A stretch of DNA of 64,000 nucleotides, from positions 1 to 64,000 of the forward strand of contig JAGMCR010000011.1 in the NCBI GenBank assembly GCA_023129115.1, read 5' to 3'. The DNA is from Candidatus Iainarchaeum sp. (GTDB lineage: Archaea; B1Sed10-29; WALL01). The position numbers and the translations under genes were made by a program. Below the pieces are notes generated by a model. The model saw nothing but the letters and a program-made list of their open reading frames with translations, was not told the DNA's origin and ran no database searches. How positions within the stretch are numbered: the stretch's first letter is position 1; each line of letters opens with the position of its first letter. Positions 1-9,564 of the stretch are shown in pieces.

Positions 1-25
1 CGTTATAATCCCTCCGGGCCCGCTT

Positions 26-71
26 ACAACCCTTTTCTGTGAAGCATTACAGAAAAAGCGTTGACGGAAAA
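26..71 (-). repeat. Copy A of dispersed intergenic imperfect hairpin repeat
   Basis: Reverse complement TTTTCCGTCAACGCTTTTTCTGTAATGCTTCACAGAAAAGGGTTGT matches the copies at 2685, 59002 and 63679. Confidence 0.8.
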
Positions 72-84
72 GAAGTGATGCAGC

Positions 85-534
85 ATGAAACGAAACGAAG
101 CATTCTTTTCTCTCTACGAGAACTTTTTCCTAGCCATGAAAAAAGACCTCGGCGAGGAAAAAGCGCTAGAATTATTCACAAAAGTAATGCACAACGGCCT
201 GAAGAAAGCGTACGACGCCTCCGGCTTCACGCGCGGCAGCGTCGGCGACTTTGTCCGGGTAATCACCGAGCGCGACGAGGGCGTGGGTCTCCGAGTTGAG
301 TTGGTCCCAGGCGAAGGCAAAATCATTTACCGCTTCCTCGACGACCCGTTCCCCAACTTGAAGAACAAAGTAGACGCCGCAAAGCTCGACGCGACGTACA
401 TTGCGTTCAAAGTCAGCTACCTCCTGGGCGACGGCTGGGGCTACACGACAACAAAGCACTTGTGGCGCGGCGACTCCTTCACAGAGCACGTTATTTCTTT
501 TGCCGCCTCTGGCGCCGCTTCTCCCGCCTCATAG
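85..534 (+). CDS. Hypothetical protein, weakly resembling the L-2-amino-thiazoline-4-carboxylate hydrolase-like family
   Basis: 149-aa ORF with normal protein composition; family resemblance is an impression only. Confidence 0.6.
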   Translation: MKRNEAFFSLYENFFLAMKKDLGEEKALELFTKVMHNGLKKAYDASGFTRGSVGDFVRVITERDEGVGLRVELVPGEGKIIYRFLDDPFPNLKNKVDAAKLDATYIAFKVSYLLGDGWGYTTTKHLWRGDSFTEHVISFAASGAASPAS

Positions 535-1561
535 CCCTTTCCTCGAGCTCCTTGAGCTTCTTCTGCTTTGCCTTGCCCTTTTCCTCGTCCCAGAGGGGCT
601 TGGCTTTTTCCTTTGGCCTGGGCTTGGCCTCCTCGGGCAGTGGCTTGTGGAACACGAGGCTCGTCCCGCCCGCTGCAGGCGCGACGGCGAGCGTCCCTGT
701 CACAAGGAAGAGGGCGAGTATTGCCCCCGCGTACGAGAGCTCGATGTTCTTGAATATGAACTCAAAGAAGCTAAGCGACCGGATGAGCGTGCCCGCGGTC
801 TCTTCGGACTCGCTGATGCGGGTGAGGGTGACCTGGACCTCTGCATCGAGCGCCGCCTCGTAGTCAGCGGAATAGCTCGCGTACAGCGCCTCTACTTCCT
901 GCTGGTCCTCGAGCCTGTAGCTGGCATAGTCTGGCGCGACCTGGGAGATGAACTCGCCCCACTCCATTTTTGGCCCGCTCTTTTCTATGATGAGCTGCCG
1001 TATCTGGCCCTCGTCCAAGTCATCCACGCCGAGCATGGCGACGCCAGTGACCCCGGTGACGAACTGGTCCCTGTACGGCTCGGGCTCCACGGCAACAACA
1101 ACAAGCACGCCCACGAACGACACGATTGCTATCGCAATCATCGCCTTCTTGGCGTGCTCGAACCCGATGCCGAACTTGCTCCCCTTGGCCTTGCTTGACA
1201 TGAAGCCCGCCACTGTCGTGCCGATGACGTAGGCCAGGCCAATGACTGTGTAAGTTGTCATCTGTGTCCAGAAGAACACGGCGCCGAACAGCACGACTAT
1301 GAGGCTCACCAGCGCCGCCAGGCCAGCGGCCCGGATAGAGCCGAGGAAGCGCGTCGCGGAGAACAATGCCCCCATCGAGACGCCGAGCAGCCCGAGCCCC
1401 AGCAGCAGGAGCACGGCATTGAGCCCCAGCAGCCCGTAGTAGAACGACGGGCTCATGAGGTTGGCTATCGAGAACCCAATCGTTGACAGCAGGCCCACGG
1501 CGCACATCCCCGCGCTGATTGAGATTGCCGAAGCGGCCCCAAGGAAGTGCTTTTTCATCAT
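491..1561 (-). CDS. Multi-pass membrane protein, unknown function
   Basis: About 6 hydrophobic segments, an acidic loop and a K/R-rich C-terminal tail; overlaps the map stop by 4 nt. Confidence 0.75.
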   Translation of the reverse strand: MMKKHFLGAASAISISAGMCAVGLLSTIGFSIANLMSPSFYYGLLGLNAVLLLLGLGLLGVSMGALFSATRFLGSIRAAGLAALVSLIVVLFGAVFFWTQMTTYTVIGLAYVIGTTVAGFMSSKAKGSKFGIGFEHAKKAMIAIAIVSFVGVLVVVAVEPEPYRDQFVTGVTGVAMLGVDDLDEGQIRQLIIEKSGPKMEWGEFISQVAPDYASYRLEDQQEVEALYASYSADYEAALDAEVQVTLTRISESEETAGTLIRSLSFFEFIFKNIELSYAGAILALFLVTGTLAVAPAAGGTSLVFHKPLPEEAKPRPKEKAKPLWDEEKGKAKQKKLKELEERAMRREKRRQRRQKK

Positions 1562-2439
1562 TTCGTCGTCACCTCACACCCGTCCGCGGTCACGATGACT
1601 GTTTTTTCGGCCTGTGAGACCAGGCCCGTGTCAATGAGTATTGGATAGGCAGTGAATATTTCCCTGGAAATGATTTCACGCAGCGCTATTTTAAGCTTTA
1701 GCCCTGTGCACACGCCCGCCAGGTGCCTCTCGGCAAACGGGAAGTGGGGGAAGTGCTCGCTGGCGTAGGCCACGACCTTCCGGGCGTCCGCGTTCCGTAC
1801 CGGGCCCTCCTTGTTCAGCGAGAATATCTCGACCCGACGCTCCTCAGTCACTCTCCCGCGGCCCATCGAGGCAAAGGGCTCGATTGCGATTGCCATGCCC
1901 TCCTCGAGCGCGAACCCTGAGCCCGTCTCGATGTTCGGCACGCTGAGCCCGCTGTGCAGGAGGTTCTGGGCGAGCACGTGCCCGCCGAGGTTCGCGATTG
2001 GCCTGAACCCATACCCCTCAATCGTGTCCCCTACAATCTTCCCGAGCGCCGGGCTCTCCACCCCCGGCCTTATCGCGGCAATTAATTCTTCCAGCGCCTT
2101 CTCGCTCGCCTCGACCAGCTTGCTATTTTCCCCTGTCAGGTCAATAGTGATGGCGGTGTCGCCGACGTACCCGTTGACGTGCGCGCCGACGTCCAGCTTC
2201 ACGACGTCCTTGCCGAACACCGTGTCGTCGTTGACTCCCGGGGTGTAGTGCGCCGCCTGGTTGTTGAGTGATATGTTTACCGGAAAAGCGAGCCCGTCCG
2301 CTTTTTCCATTATCTCTTTCTCGATTGACTCGGCGGCCTTCAGCAGCGACGCGCCGGGCTTGACTTTTTTGGCGCCCTTCTGCAGCGCTTCCCACGCGAT
2401 TTTGCCTGCCTTGTGGTAGTCCTCTTCCATCTGGTTCAC
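1558..2439 (-). CDS. map: Methionine aminopeptidase, type II (archaeal)
   Basis: Motifs FPVNIS, AAHYTP, KLDVGAHVNGYVGDTA, NLGGH, LHSG, AIEPF, SQAEKTV; type II helical insert present. Confidence 0.95.
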   Translation of the reverse strand: MNQMEEDYHKAGKIAWEALQKGAKKVKPGASLLKAAESIEKEIMEKADGLAFPVNISLNNQAAHYTPGVNDDTVFGKDVVKLDVGAHVNGYVGDTAITIDLTGENSKLVEASEKALEELIAAIRPGVESPALGKIVGDTIEGYGFRPIANLGGHVLAQNLLHSGLSVPNIETGSGFALEEGMAIAIEPFASMGRGRVTEERRVEIFSLNKEGPVRNADARKVVAYASEHFPHFPFAERHLAGVCTGLKLKIALREIISREIFTAYPILIDTGLVSQAEKTVIVTADGCEVTTK

Positions 2440-2473
2440 TTAATCCGCGGTTATTTAAATAATGTTCCCGTAA

Positions 2474-2683
2474 TTGTTTTTCATGGACCCGGCGAGTAGG
2501 ATGCGGCAGGAAATGGCGCTCGAAAAGTTCGAGAAGCTCAACGTGGTCGACAGGCGGCGCGTCCTCCACCACCTAAACAAAATGGCCCACGGCAAGGGCT
2601 ATTTCAACGAGCGCGACCTCCGCGAGAAAAAGCCGTACATCTGGGACCAATTGTGTGCCGAGGTCGTTAGCAAGCTCTTCTAG
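2474..2683 (+). CDS. Small hypothetical protein
   Basis: 69-aa ORF divergent from map; TTTAAATA TATA-like box upstream. Confidence 0.6.
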   Translation: MFFMDPASRMRQEMALEKFEKLNVVDRRRVLHHLNKMAHGKGYFNERDLREKKPYIWDQLCAEVVSKLF

Positions 2684-2684
2684 C

Positions 2685-2742
2685 TTTTCCGCCAGTGCTT
2701 TTCCACTGTTCAGCCGTAAGGCTGTAACAGAAAAAGGGCTGT
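2685..2742 (+). repeat. Copy B of dispersed hairpin repeat, flanked by 12-bp direct repeat CAAGCTCTTCTA (2671-2682, 2746-2757)
   Basis: TTTTCCGCCAGTGCTTTTCCACTGTTCAGCCGTAAGGCTGTAACAGAAAAAGGGCTGT; inner stem CAGCC-GTAA-GGCTG. Confidence 0.8.
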
Positions 2743-2792
2743 GGCCAAGCTCTTCTAAAACCTTATTATACCCCTTTTGCAATAATCTATTC

Positions 2793-3149
2793 ATGGCACA
2801 TGGCGAGCGGTCTTTTGGGGAGAAGCTAACGAAGAAGCTCTTCTGGTCGAGGAAGATAAAGGCAGACTACAAGGAGCTTACTAAAACTAGAATCCCGTTC
2901 CGCGGCAAGGACGCGCTGGCCAAAGTCGCTTCCAAGATAAAAAAGCACGAGAAAGACGTGGCCGCCCAGACCAAGAGGCTGAAGGCGAGCAAGGCACGCG
3001 CCGCCGACAAGTCCCTTTCTGAAAAAGATAGGGAGTCGTTCCGAAATACTGAGGTTGACTTCTACGAGGGCGACGTGAAAAAATACACGAACCGTGTCAA
3101 GAAGCTAAAAGAACTGGCCCAAAAAATCCGCGACCACATCGGCGCCTAG
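2793..3149 (+). CDS. Lys-rich, probably coiled-coil hypothetical protein
   Basis: ATG at 2793 (MAHGERSF...) after a TTATA box; the upstream ORF extension runs through the repeat and is unlikely. Confidence 0.65.
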   Translation: MAHGERSFGEKLTKKLFWSRKIKADYKELTKTRIPFRGKDALAKVASKIKKHEKDVAAQTKRLKASKARAADKSLSEKDRESFRNTEVDFYEGDVKKYTNRVKKLKELAQKIRDHIGA

Positions 3150-6100
3150 GCCCACGCGCCGAGCCCTGACTGCTTCGTGCCGGTCGTCAACTCATCAGCG
3201 CTTATTCCCAATTCTGCCAGAATCTTCATGACCGCCGGCAAGAGCTGGTGCGTCACGTAGTAGTCGACGTCCGGCTTCCGCTTCCCCAGCATCCTAACCG
3301 AATAGCTCCGGTCGCCAATGTTGCCCGCGCCCTGGCACACGACGTACTCAATCAGCGTGCCCTTCCCCACTTTTTCTCCTGCTTCCTCGAGCCGCTTCGC
3401 CGCGCGCACGTGCGGCCCCTGCGACGCATATCTGTCTATCCTGCGCTTGAGCTGCGTGCGGATTACATACTCCTCGATTGGCACCTCGTTCTTCCGCACC
3501 TGCTCAATCTTCTCGAGCACCAACGCCTTCGCGCCCTCCACGTCGTTCTCCAGCACTTTCTGGATTACCTCGCGCTGTGTCTTCTTCGCGATCTGCGACC
3601 AATCCCTCCGCACGAACTCGAGGCCCTTTATCTCGACCTGCCCGTCCTCGCGAATCAACGCGTACCGCTTCTTCGCCGCGCCGCCCTCCTTCTTGGTAAC
3701 GAAAATCCCGCGCGGGTAAAACCCCTCCAGCTCCAGTTCCATCGTGCCCGGCAGGGAGTCGTTGTAGTCCTTCAAAAACTTCAAGACTTCGTCCTTGCTT
3801 TTTCCGCCGCGCAGCATGAACACACTGTCCGTGTTATGTAGCAGTATTTGCCCGCAACTATCTACAAACATGTGTGAGTTAGAAACACTTAAGTCATAGA
3901 CGTAATCTGTGTTTTGTTCTTGGGTTATCGTAGTCTCCATTCGTGAATTGTGTTTTTTTGACGTCTTAACCGTGTAAACTTTTTTGCTTGGCCGGTATTG
4001 CAAAGAAAAGTTTATCCCAAGCTGTTTGAGCAGTAGGGTTACTCCTCCAATCAACTGTTGTGAGTTAGTGGTATAAGCAAAATTGTCTTCACAGTATTTT
4101 TGTGAGTACCTTTTGTCAAAGGATTTTGAGCCATCACCCAAGAGCAACCAGTCCAAGAAGTACTTTTGTTTGTTTTTTGGTAAGTGGAAAATGAACTCAG
4201 GTATTTTTTTACCTCTGCTCTTTTGCCCACAAAATTGTTTGAAAACTACTGCAGCCAATTGACTCATCATTTGTAGTTTGTGTGTTTTGTCTTGATACGT
4301 AAGTGTTTTATTACTATATCTAAGCGTTCTTTTGTTTTTATTTGGTGATACTATACTGGCAGAAGTGTTCTCAAACAACAAGTGATAATCTGTTTTCAAC
4401 TGTTTCAAGAGTTTTGTATCACTGTTTGCTATTGATGCACCCCACCTCGTTTTAGTGGTTTCAGGTGTGCTGGAACTGCCTTCTCCTATGTAAAGGGCGA
4501 GGAGGCGGAGCAACGCGTCAAACTCCTTGGAGTCAAGGGGTATGTGTCTCTTGAGCTTGACTGGTTTTTTACGTGTTGTCCAATTGAACCAAACAAACTT
4601 TTTATCTGCTGAAACACTCGCGGTTTTTTCTCTTCCTTTGTAAGTCGTGGTGTGCGAGTAATCTTTAATCCATTCATAAACATCAATTTTCTTGATTTTT
4701 TTGACTGTTGGGATTTGGTTTATCCTCGCAAGGTGTTCAGTAGTTATCTCCTCTGGTTTTGCGCATACGTACCCGCCTCGTTTGTTTATTATTAACGAGT
4801 GGTCTTTGGTTACTCGTGTTTCACCGTATTTTTGGTTCACTCGGAATATTTTCTTCTTTGTTTTATGGCGTATAACCTCAGTTATTGGTTGCCATTCAGG
4901 TTTCTTGGTTTTTGGGTTTGCTGTCAGCGCTTTGTGGTTTTTGAGTGGGATAACCTCTTTGCCCCCCACTTTCACGGCATTATGCCTATTTTCATTGAAG
5001 AGTTCCCCAATATTTTTTATTTGTATAACTCCGGTTGGGTCAAGAAGGGTTACAAACCGGTCTGAGGTTATGCTGTCCCCATATATTACCTTGAACCCGC
5101 GCTTCTCCGCCTCGGCGGCAGCGTCCTTGATGAACTTCCTGCCCCACGCAGTAGTGGCTTCCGCGCAGTCGAACGAGTACCACCGCGCCCGCGCGTAATT
5201 TAGGTAGCCGTAGGTTGCATTGGCCGCGATTTTAAGTGCTTTGTTTTCAGCGTCCAACAACTTTTTTTCTTTCCCACTTGCCTTCTTCAATTTCTTTTTC
5301 GCCTCGGCCCGCGCGCCGGTGACTTTCTCGAGCATCTCGGGAATCAATCCCTTCTTTTTCCTGCAGAACTTCTGCCCCATCGGCGACTCGAACGGCTTTT
5401 TGCAGCAGCCGCAGTCCAGCGTGCCCGGGTCGATGTTGTGCGAAATGATTATGCTTGGGTACAGCCCCTTGAAGTCCAAGACAGCAAGGTCCTCGTGCAG
5501 CCCCGGCTCCGGCTCTTTTACAAAAGCGCCCTTGAGCTGCTTGTTGATGCGTGCCTTGAACTCGCCCTCGACCGGCCTGTTCGGAGCGATTTCGCCGCGC
5601 TTCTTCGCCATCCGCAGCAGCAATAACTCGACAATCTGGCTCGAGCTCATCCGCGACACGTCGAACGGCATCTGGTTAATCAGCTTGGACAATGCAGTAT
5701 AAAGCGGCAGCAGCTGCTCGCCCAACTCATAAGCCGCCTCCGCGTCCTGCAGCGAATAAGTCGCGAGCTCCTCCATCTCTTTCTTGTCTGCCTTGTCCCA
5801 AATCTTCCACAGGTTCTTTGTTTCTATGTCCAGCTTTTCCTTGCCCGTCAATTCCTTGTAAACGTCTTCGAGCGTGTACCGCGGCAGCTTCAGCGCCCCG
5901 ATTATGGAAAGAAAAACCATGCCGCGGTAGGCGTCGATGTGCACCCTCCCAGGAATCCGCGCCTTGAGCCCGCGCATTCCCTGGCGGAGCGCGATTCCCT
6001 CGCCAGTGCCAAGGCTTTTCTTTATCCCCAATTTCTCCAGCCGTGTCTTCACGTAGGGCAGGTCAAAGTTGTCGCCGTTGTATGTGTACACGACGTCCTG

Positions 6101-6664
6101 CCCCACGTCAGAGACGAACCCCTTGAGCATTTCTTCCTCGTTCTTGTAGCTCTTCACGAACGGGAGGTTGATTTTTTTCCAGGTGTACACCCCGCCTTTT
6201 TTCCCGTCGTGCGCTGACACCATCACTATGGGGTCCTTTTCGGCCTCGGGCATCCCCCGTGGGTTGTACGTCTCTATGTCAAACGCAATCCGCGTGGGCT
6301 CGTACTCCCCCCCAGCTTTTTTTGGCTTCCCGCCCCCCCACTCGTACATGCTGAACGGGACAATGTCGTGGTCAATCAAGTAGCGCTGCGTGTACGGGAT
6401 GTCGTACTCGTAAATCCTGCCCTGTTTCGCCAGCTCCTCGCGGAGCTTGGGCACGTCGCCCGGCGCCCTGACAAACACTTTCCACAGCCCGCCCACTCGC
6501 TCCGCTTTTTTCAGCAGCTCGTGCTTTGGCGCAGCCCCCTCAAAGTAAAAGTACGGGTCAAAAGCCTCTTTTATCACCTCAAGCTTTTTGCCCTTGACGT
6601 AAAGGTCGACGTGGCTCTGGCCGTCGTCTTCTGAGTGCCCAATGTCGATGAGAGCGCCTTTCAT
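3146..6664 (-). CDS. polB: Family B DNA polymerase (archaeal), intein-containing
   Basis: Exonuclease motifs FDIET, YNGDNFD, YSLQDA; polymerase motifs DFKGLYPSII, KIAANATYGY, YGD/TDS (split), KKRYA; ATG 6664 preferred over TTG 6676. Confidence 0.95.
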   Translation of the reverse strand: MKGALIDIGHSEDDGQSHVDLYVKGKKLEVIKEAFDPYFYFEGAAPKHELLKKAERVGGLWKVFVRAPGDVPKLREELAKQGRIYEYDIPYTQRYLIDHDIVPFSMYEWGGGKPKKAGGEYEPTRIAFDIETYNPRGMPEAEKDPIVMVSAHDGKKGGVYTWKKINLPFVKSYKNEEEMLKGFVSDVGQDVVYTYNGDNFDLPYVKTRLEKLGIKKSLGTGEGIALRQGMRGLKARIPGRVHIDAYRGMVFLSIIGALKLPRYTLEDVYKELTGKEKLDIETKNLWKIWDKADKKEMEELATYSLQDAEAAYELGEQLLPLYTALSKLINQMPFDVSRMSSSQIVELLLLRMAKKRGEIAPNRPVEGEFKARINKQLKGAFVKEPEPGLHEDLAVLDFKGLYPSIIISHNIDPGTLDCGCCKKPFESPMGQKFCRKKKGLIPEMLEKVTGARAEAKKKLKKASGKEKKLLDAENKALKIAANATYGYLNYARARWYSFDCAEATTAWGRKFIKDAAAEAEKRGFKVIYGDSITSDRFVTLLDPTGVIQIKNIGELFNENRHNAVKVGGKEVIPLKNHKALTANPKTKKPEWQPITEVIRHKTKKKIFRVNQKYGETRVTKDHSLIINKRGGYVCAKPEEITTEHLARINQIPTVKKIKKIDVYEWIKDYSHTTTYKGREKTASVSADKKFVWFNWTTRKKPVKLKRHIPLDSKEFDALLRLLALYIGEGSSSTPETTKTRWGASIANSDTKLLKQLKTDYHLLFENTSASIVSPNKNKRTLRYSNKTLTYQDKTHKLQMMSQLAAVVFKQFCGQKSRGKKIPEFIFHLPKNKQKYFLDWLLLGDGSKSFDKRYSQKYCEDNFAYTTNSQQLIGGVTLLLKQLGINFSLQYRPSKKVYTVKTSKKHNSRMETTITQEQNTDYVYDLSVSNSHMFVDSCGQILLHNTDSVFMLRGGKSKDEVLKFLKDYNDSLPGTMELELEGFYPRGIFVTKKEGGAAKKRYALIREDGQVEIKGLEFVRRDWSQIAKKTQREVIQKVLENDVEGAKALVLEKIEQVRKNEVPIEEYVIRTQLKRRIDRYASQGPHVRAAKRLEEAGEKVGKGTLIEYVVCQGAGNIGDRSYSVRMLGKRKPDVDYYVTHQLLPAVMKILAELGISADELTTGTKQSGLGAWA
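3833..5074 (-). mobile_element. Intein (414 aa) with LAGLIDADG homing endonuclease, inserted in PolB YGD^TDS
   Basis: Starts S-ITSD after YGD; TKDH block B; LLALYIGEGS and FLDWLLLGDGS motifs; ends VYDLSV...ILLHN followed by Thr; AT-rich relative to the flanking polB sequence. Confidence 0.93.
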
Positions 6665-6728
6665 GGCTAAGCCCAATATGTTTTTATAGCCTTACGGGTT
6701 TATGCTTTATTAACCTAAAGGTGCTGCC

Positions 6729-7223
6729 ATGCCCTCCACGAGACACAGGCCGCGGCCGTCTTCGTCGGCCGCCGGCGCCGCACAGCCCAGAATGTCCGCG
6801 AGCCTCGCCTCTCTCGACGCCAAGCTGAAATTGATTGCGCAGCGGCTCAAGATAATGGAGAACAACGAGCAGGTAATCGGCCGCACCCTCGTCTCGCACA
6901 ACAAGAAAATGAAGGAGCTCGAGGCCCTGGCCGCCGCCGGCGGGGGCAAGGGGCTCGACCTGGCGCGGCTCAAGGACACCATCCGCGACGAATTGAAGGC
7001 CGAGCTAATGGGTGGCGGGCAAATCGCGCCGCCGCTGGAGCACGGCGCGCCGACGAAGCGCACTTCTTCTGAAATAATTAACCTGCGCAAGTCTGTCGAA
7101 GAGCTCCGCCAGGAAGTCAACGAATTAAAGTACGTCGTGGACTCAATCAACCCGCTGGAGTACATCACGCTCGACCAGCTGAACGACGTCGTGACCAGAA
7201 AAATCGAGAAGGCCAGGAAATAG
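6729..7223 (+). CDS. Coiled-coil hypothetical protein
   Basis: Two heptad-rich segments; AGGTG SD-like motif upstream. Confidence 0.75.
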   Translation: MPSTRHRPRPSSSAAGAAQPRMSASLASLDAKLKLIAQRLKIMENNEQVIGRTLVSHNKKMKELEALAAAGGGKGLDLARLKDTIRDELKAELMGGGQIAPPLEHGAPTKRTSSEIINLRKSVEELRQEVNELKYVVDSINPLEYITLDQLNDVVTRKIEKARK

Positions 7224-7224
7224 G

Positions 7225-8694
7225 CTACATAGCGCTGAGCGTCGGCCTTAAATTAATGCGGTAGACGGGCTTGCCCTGCTCGTTCACGCTGGCATTGTTG
7301 CCCTCAATCACCTGGATGTCCATCGTCGCGTTTTGGAGTATTTCGGTGTCGAGCCCGGCGTGGCTCTTGGCCACTGCGCACACGCCGATGCCAGTCTCTC
7401 CCGCGAGCTTGAGCATCGTGTTTGCCTCGCGGTCCAGCTTTGTCTCGGGCGCCCCGATTATGCTGGGGTCGCTGACTACGACGAGGACCTTCATCTGGCT
7501 GCTGGCGAACTCTTTCTTGTAGCTCTCGTAGAGCGTCTTGAGCGTGCAGTAGACCAGGCCCTTGCGGATGGATGGCTTGATGCCCTTGGTGTCCACCACG
7601 GCGATGCGCCCCATCTTCTTGAGCCACGGCGCCACGATTTCCTTGGGCTCGAGCGTGCCGTCGAACAGCCCGGGGTAGGCGAGGCCGAGGAGGCGGCAAA
7701 TGCGGATGGCCCTCGCCGCGAAATACTTCTTTTCCTCGGTCTTGATTCCCTGCAGGTGCTCTATCAGGCCCTTGAGGTTGAACGGCTTCTTCTCGAGCGC
7801 CTCGCCCACCAGCTCCATTTCAGTGCCGTGGCCCGCGCCGGTAATGTCCCCGAACAAGTCCTTGTCAAGGAGCTTGAGGTCTATGAAGAAGTCCGCGCCT
7901 GGCTTGAACCTCCTGAGGGGCATGCCCATGGGGTCCACTGCCAGGTCATACTTGCCGTAGTCGTCCGTGTTCGGGCTCGGCGTGTCCGCCTTCTCGAAGC
8001 CCTCGAACACCACGCCGGACACGCCGTTGATGACGCAGCCCTCCATCAGCACGTGCAGCGCGAGCCGGGTGTCCTCGCCGGACAGTACGGTGAGCAGGAA
8101 CGACTTCACGTCTTCCTCTGCCTTTTCTCCGGACAGGTTGTTGCCGAGGTGCAGCCGGCCCGTCAATTGCGTGGACTCGAGGCCGGGGCCTTCCTTCCTC
8201 ACCACGAGGGACGGCATGGCAAGCGGCTCGCCGAACAATTCGTTCGTGTCCTTGAGCTGCGCGTACTTGGCCTCGACGAGCTTGATGGCGAAGTCGCCGC
8301 TCTTCTGCCGCACTTCTACGGCGCGCTTCTCGAGCTCGTTCGCGTGCCTGTCCGCCACGCCAATCAATTCCCGCGGAGAGAACTTGACGTACTCGGGCAT
8401 CGTGGCGATGGCGAGGAACGAGCCCTTGTACGTGGGCGTGTTCTTCTGGATTACGACTGTGTTCTGGCCCGCGGCCTCGAAGAACCCGCCTGGGTTCCCT
8501 TCCACGAGGAAGAGCTTGGCCATGAAGAACACCATGCCCTTGACCAATTCGCCACGGCGGTCGTATATCATTACGAGTAGCTCCTTGTCGGGGTTCTCGT
8601 GGTACGAGATTTCCCGGTCACTCCATACCCCTGAAAGAATGTGCTTCCAGGGCCCGTGGGGGAGGTCAAGCGCCTTCAGTCCAAGCACCCGCAT
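7225..8694 (-). CDS. HerA/DUF87-like P-loop ATPase-fold protein, apparently degenerate
   Basis: LHLG...TVLSGEDTR (eroded Walker A region), VSGVVFEG, KVLVVVSD, GETGIGVCAVAKS, EILQNAT; the layout resembles HerA-like ATPases but there is no GxxGxGK[ST]. Confidence 0.55.
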   Translation of the reverse strand: MRVLGLKALDLPHGPWKHILSGVWSDREISYHENPDKELLVMIYDRRGELVKGMVFFMAKLFLVEGNPGGFFEAAGQNTVVIQKNTPTYKGSFLAIATMPEYVKFSPRELIGVADRHANELEKRAVEVRQKSGDFAIKLVEAKYAQLKDTNELFGEPLAMPSLVVRKEGPGLESTQLTGRLHLGNNLSGEKAEEDVKSFLLTVLSGEDTRLALHVLMEGCVINGVSGVVFEGFEKADTPSPNTDDYGKYDLAVDPMGMPLRRFKPGADFFIDLKLLDKDLFGDITGAGHGTEMELVGEALEKKPFNLKGLIEHLQGIKTEEKKYFAARAIRICRLLGLAYPGLFDGTLEPKEIVAPWLKKMGRIAVVDTKGIKPSIRKGLVYCTLKTLYESYKKEFASSQMKVLVVVSDPSIIGAPETKLDREANTMLKLAGETGIGVCAVAKSHAGLDTEILQNATMDIQVIEGNNASVNEQGKPVYRINLRPTLSAM

Positions 8695-8756
8695 ATTTAA
8701 ATAGTCCTAGTTGGTATGCTTACAACGTCGAAACCGTATTTATAGGTTGTGCAACT

Positions 8757-9176
8757 ATGGACGAGGCTACGCTGCAGCGCATTGTCGGGATTGTCAAGAC
8801 CATGCAGTCCAGCGGCATGGGCGAGGCCGAGATAAGGGAGAACCTGCGGCAGATGGGCGTTGCCGACGAGGAGCTGGCGGGAATTCTTTCGCAGGCCGGC
8901 TTCTCCGCACCGGCGCCCGCGCCCCCCGAGCCAGAAGTCGCGCCCCCGGTGGCAGAGGAGCACATGGAGCGCCTGCACGCGAACGTGAGCGAGCTCCACG
9001 CCAAGCACGACGACATGAAGGAATCCCTCTCGGGGCTCGGCGAAATCATGCGCGAAATCCAGGACATCAAGGCAGAGCTCGCGGACATAAGGCCACAGCT
9101 CGGCGCCCTGAAAAGAATCAACGAGAACCTCATCGAAATCAACAAGAAAATGCTGGCGCGGCTGGCGACGAAGTAG
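8757..9176 (+). CDS. Hypothetical protein: small helical N-domain, Pro linker, C-terminal coiled coil
   Basis: 139-aa ORF; TTTATA box upstream. Confidence 0.75.
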   Translation: MDEATLQRIVGIVKTMQSSGMGEAEIRENLRQMGVADEELAGILSQAGFSAPAPAPPEPEVAPPVAEEHMERLHANVSELHAKHDDMKESLSGLGEIMREIQDIKAELADIRPQLGALKRINENLIEINKKMLARLATK

Positions 9177-9184
9177 CTATTTTT
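9140..9184 (+). repeat. Left direct repeat (3' end of gene 8757..9176), duplicated at 11605-11640
   Basis: 18-bp exact match GCTGGCGACGAAGTAGCT at 9161-9178 and 11617-11634, plus CAACAAGAA(A/G)ATGCTGGCG. Confidence 0.8.
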
Positions 9185-9564
9185 AGGGAAAAGGATGGGT
9201 TCTCAATCCAGGTGCTTGTCGACTATTGTTTTCATCCTCTCGCAGTGCTTTCCCATGGAAGCGACTTCTCCCTTGCTGAGCTTGTCAACAACGCCGTATT
9301 CTGCCTCGCTTTTCTTGCCCAGCAGATAAGAAAAGTGTGCCACGTACTTTTTGTAGTCTTGTCCCAGGAACTTTGCGAGGCTTTGCACCTCTCTTTTCAG
9401 TACTTGCTTGTGGTCTGCTGCTTTTGGGATGTGGTGGAGGTATTTCTGGCACAGGAAGTCATTGAATTTTATGGCCGCGAGGATGAATAGTGTGGCACCG
9501 CTGTCAACCCGGTTTTCGCCGTAAAGCCTTTTCGCGTCGCTGTAGTACTCCAGCCCCTTGTCAT

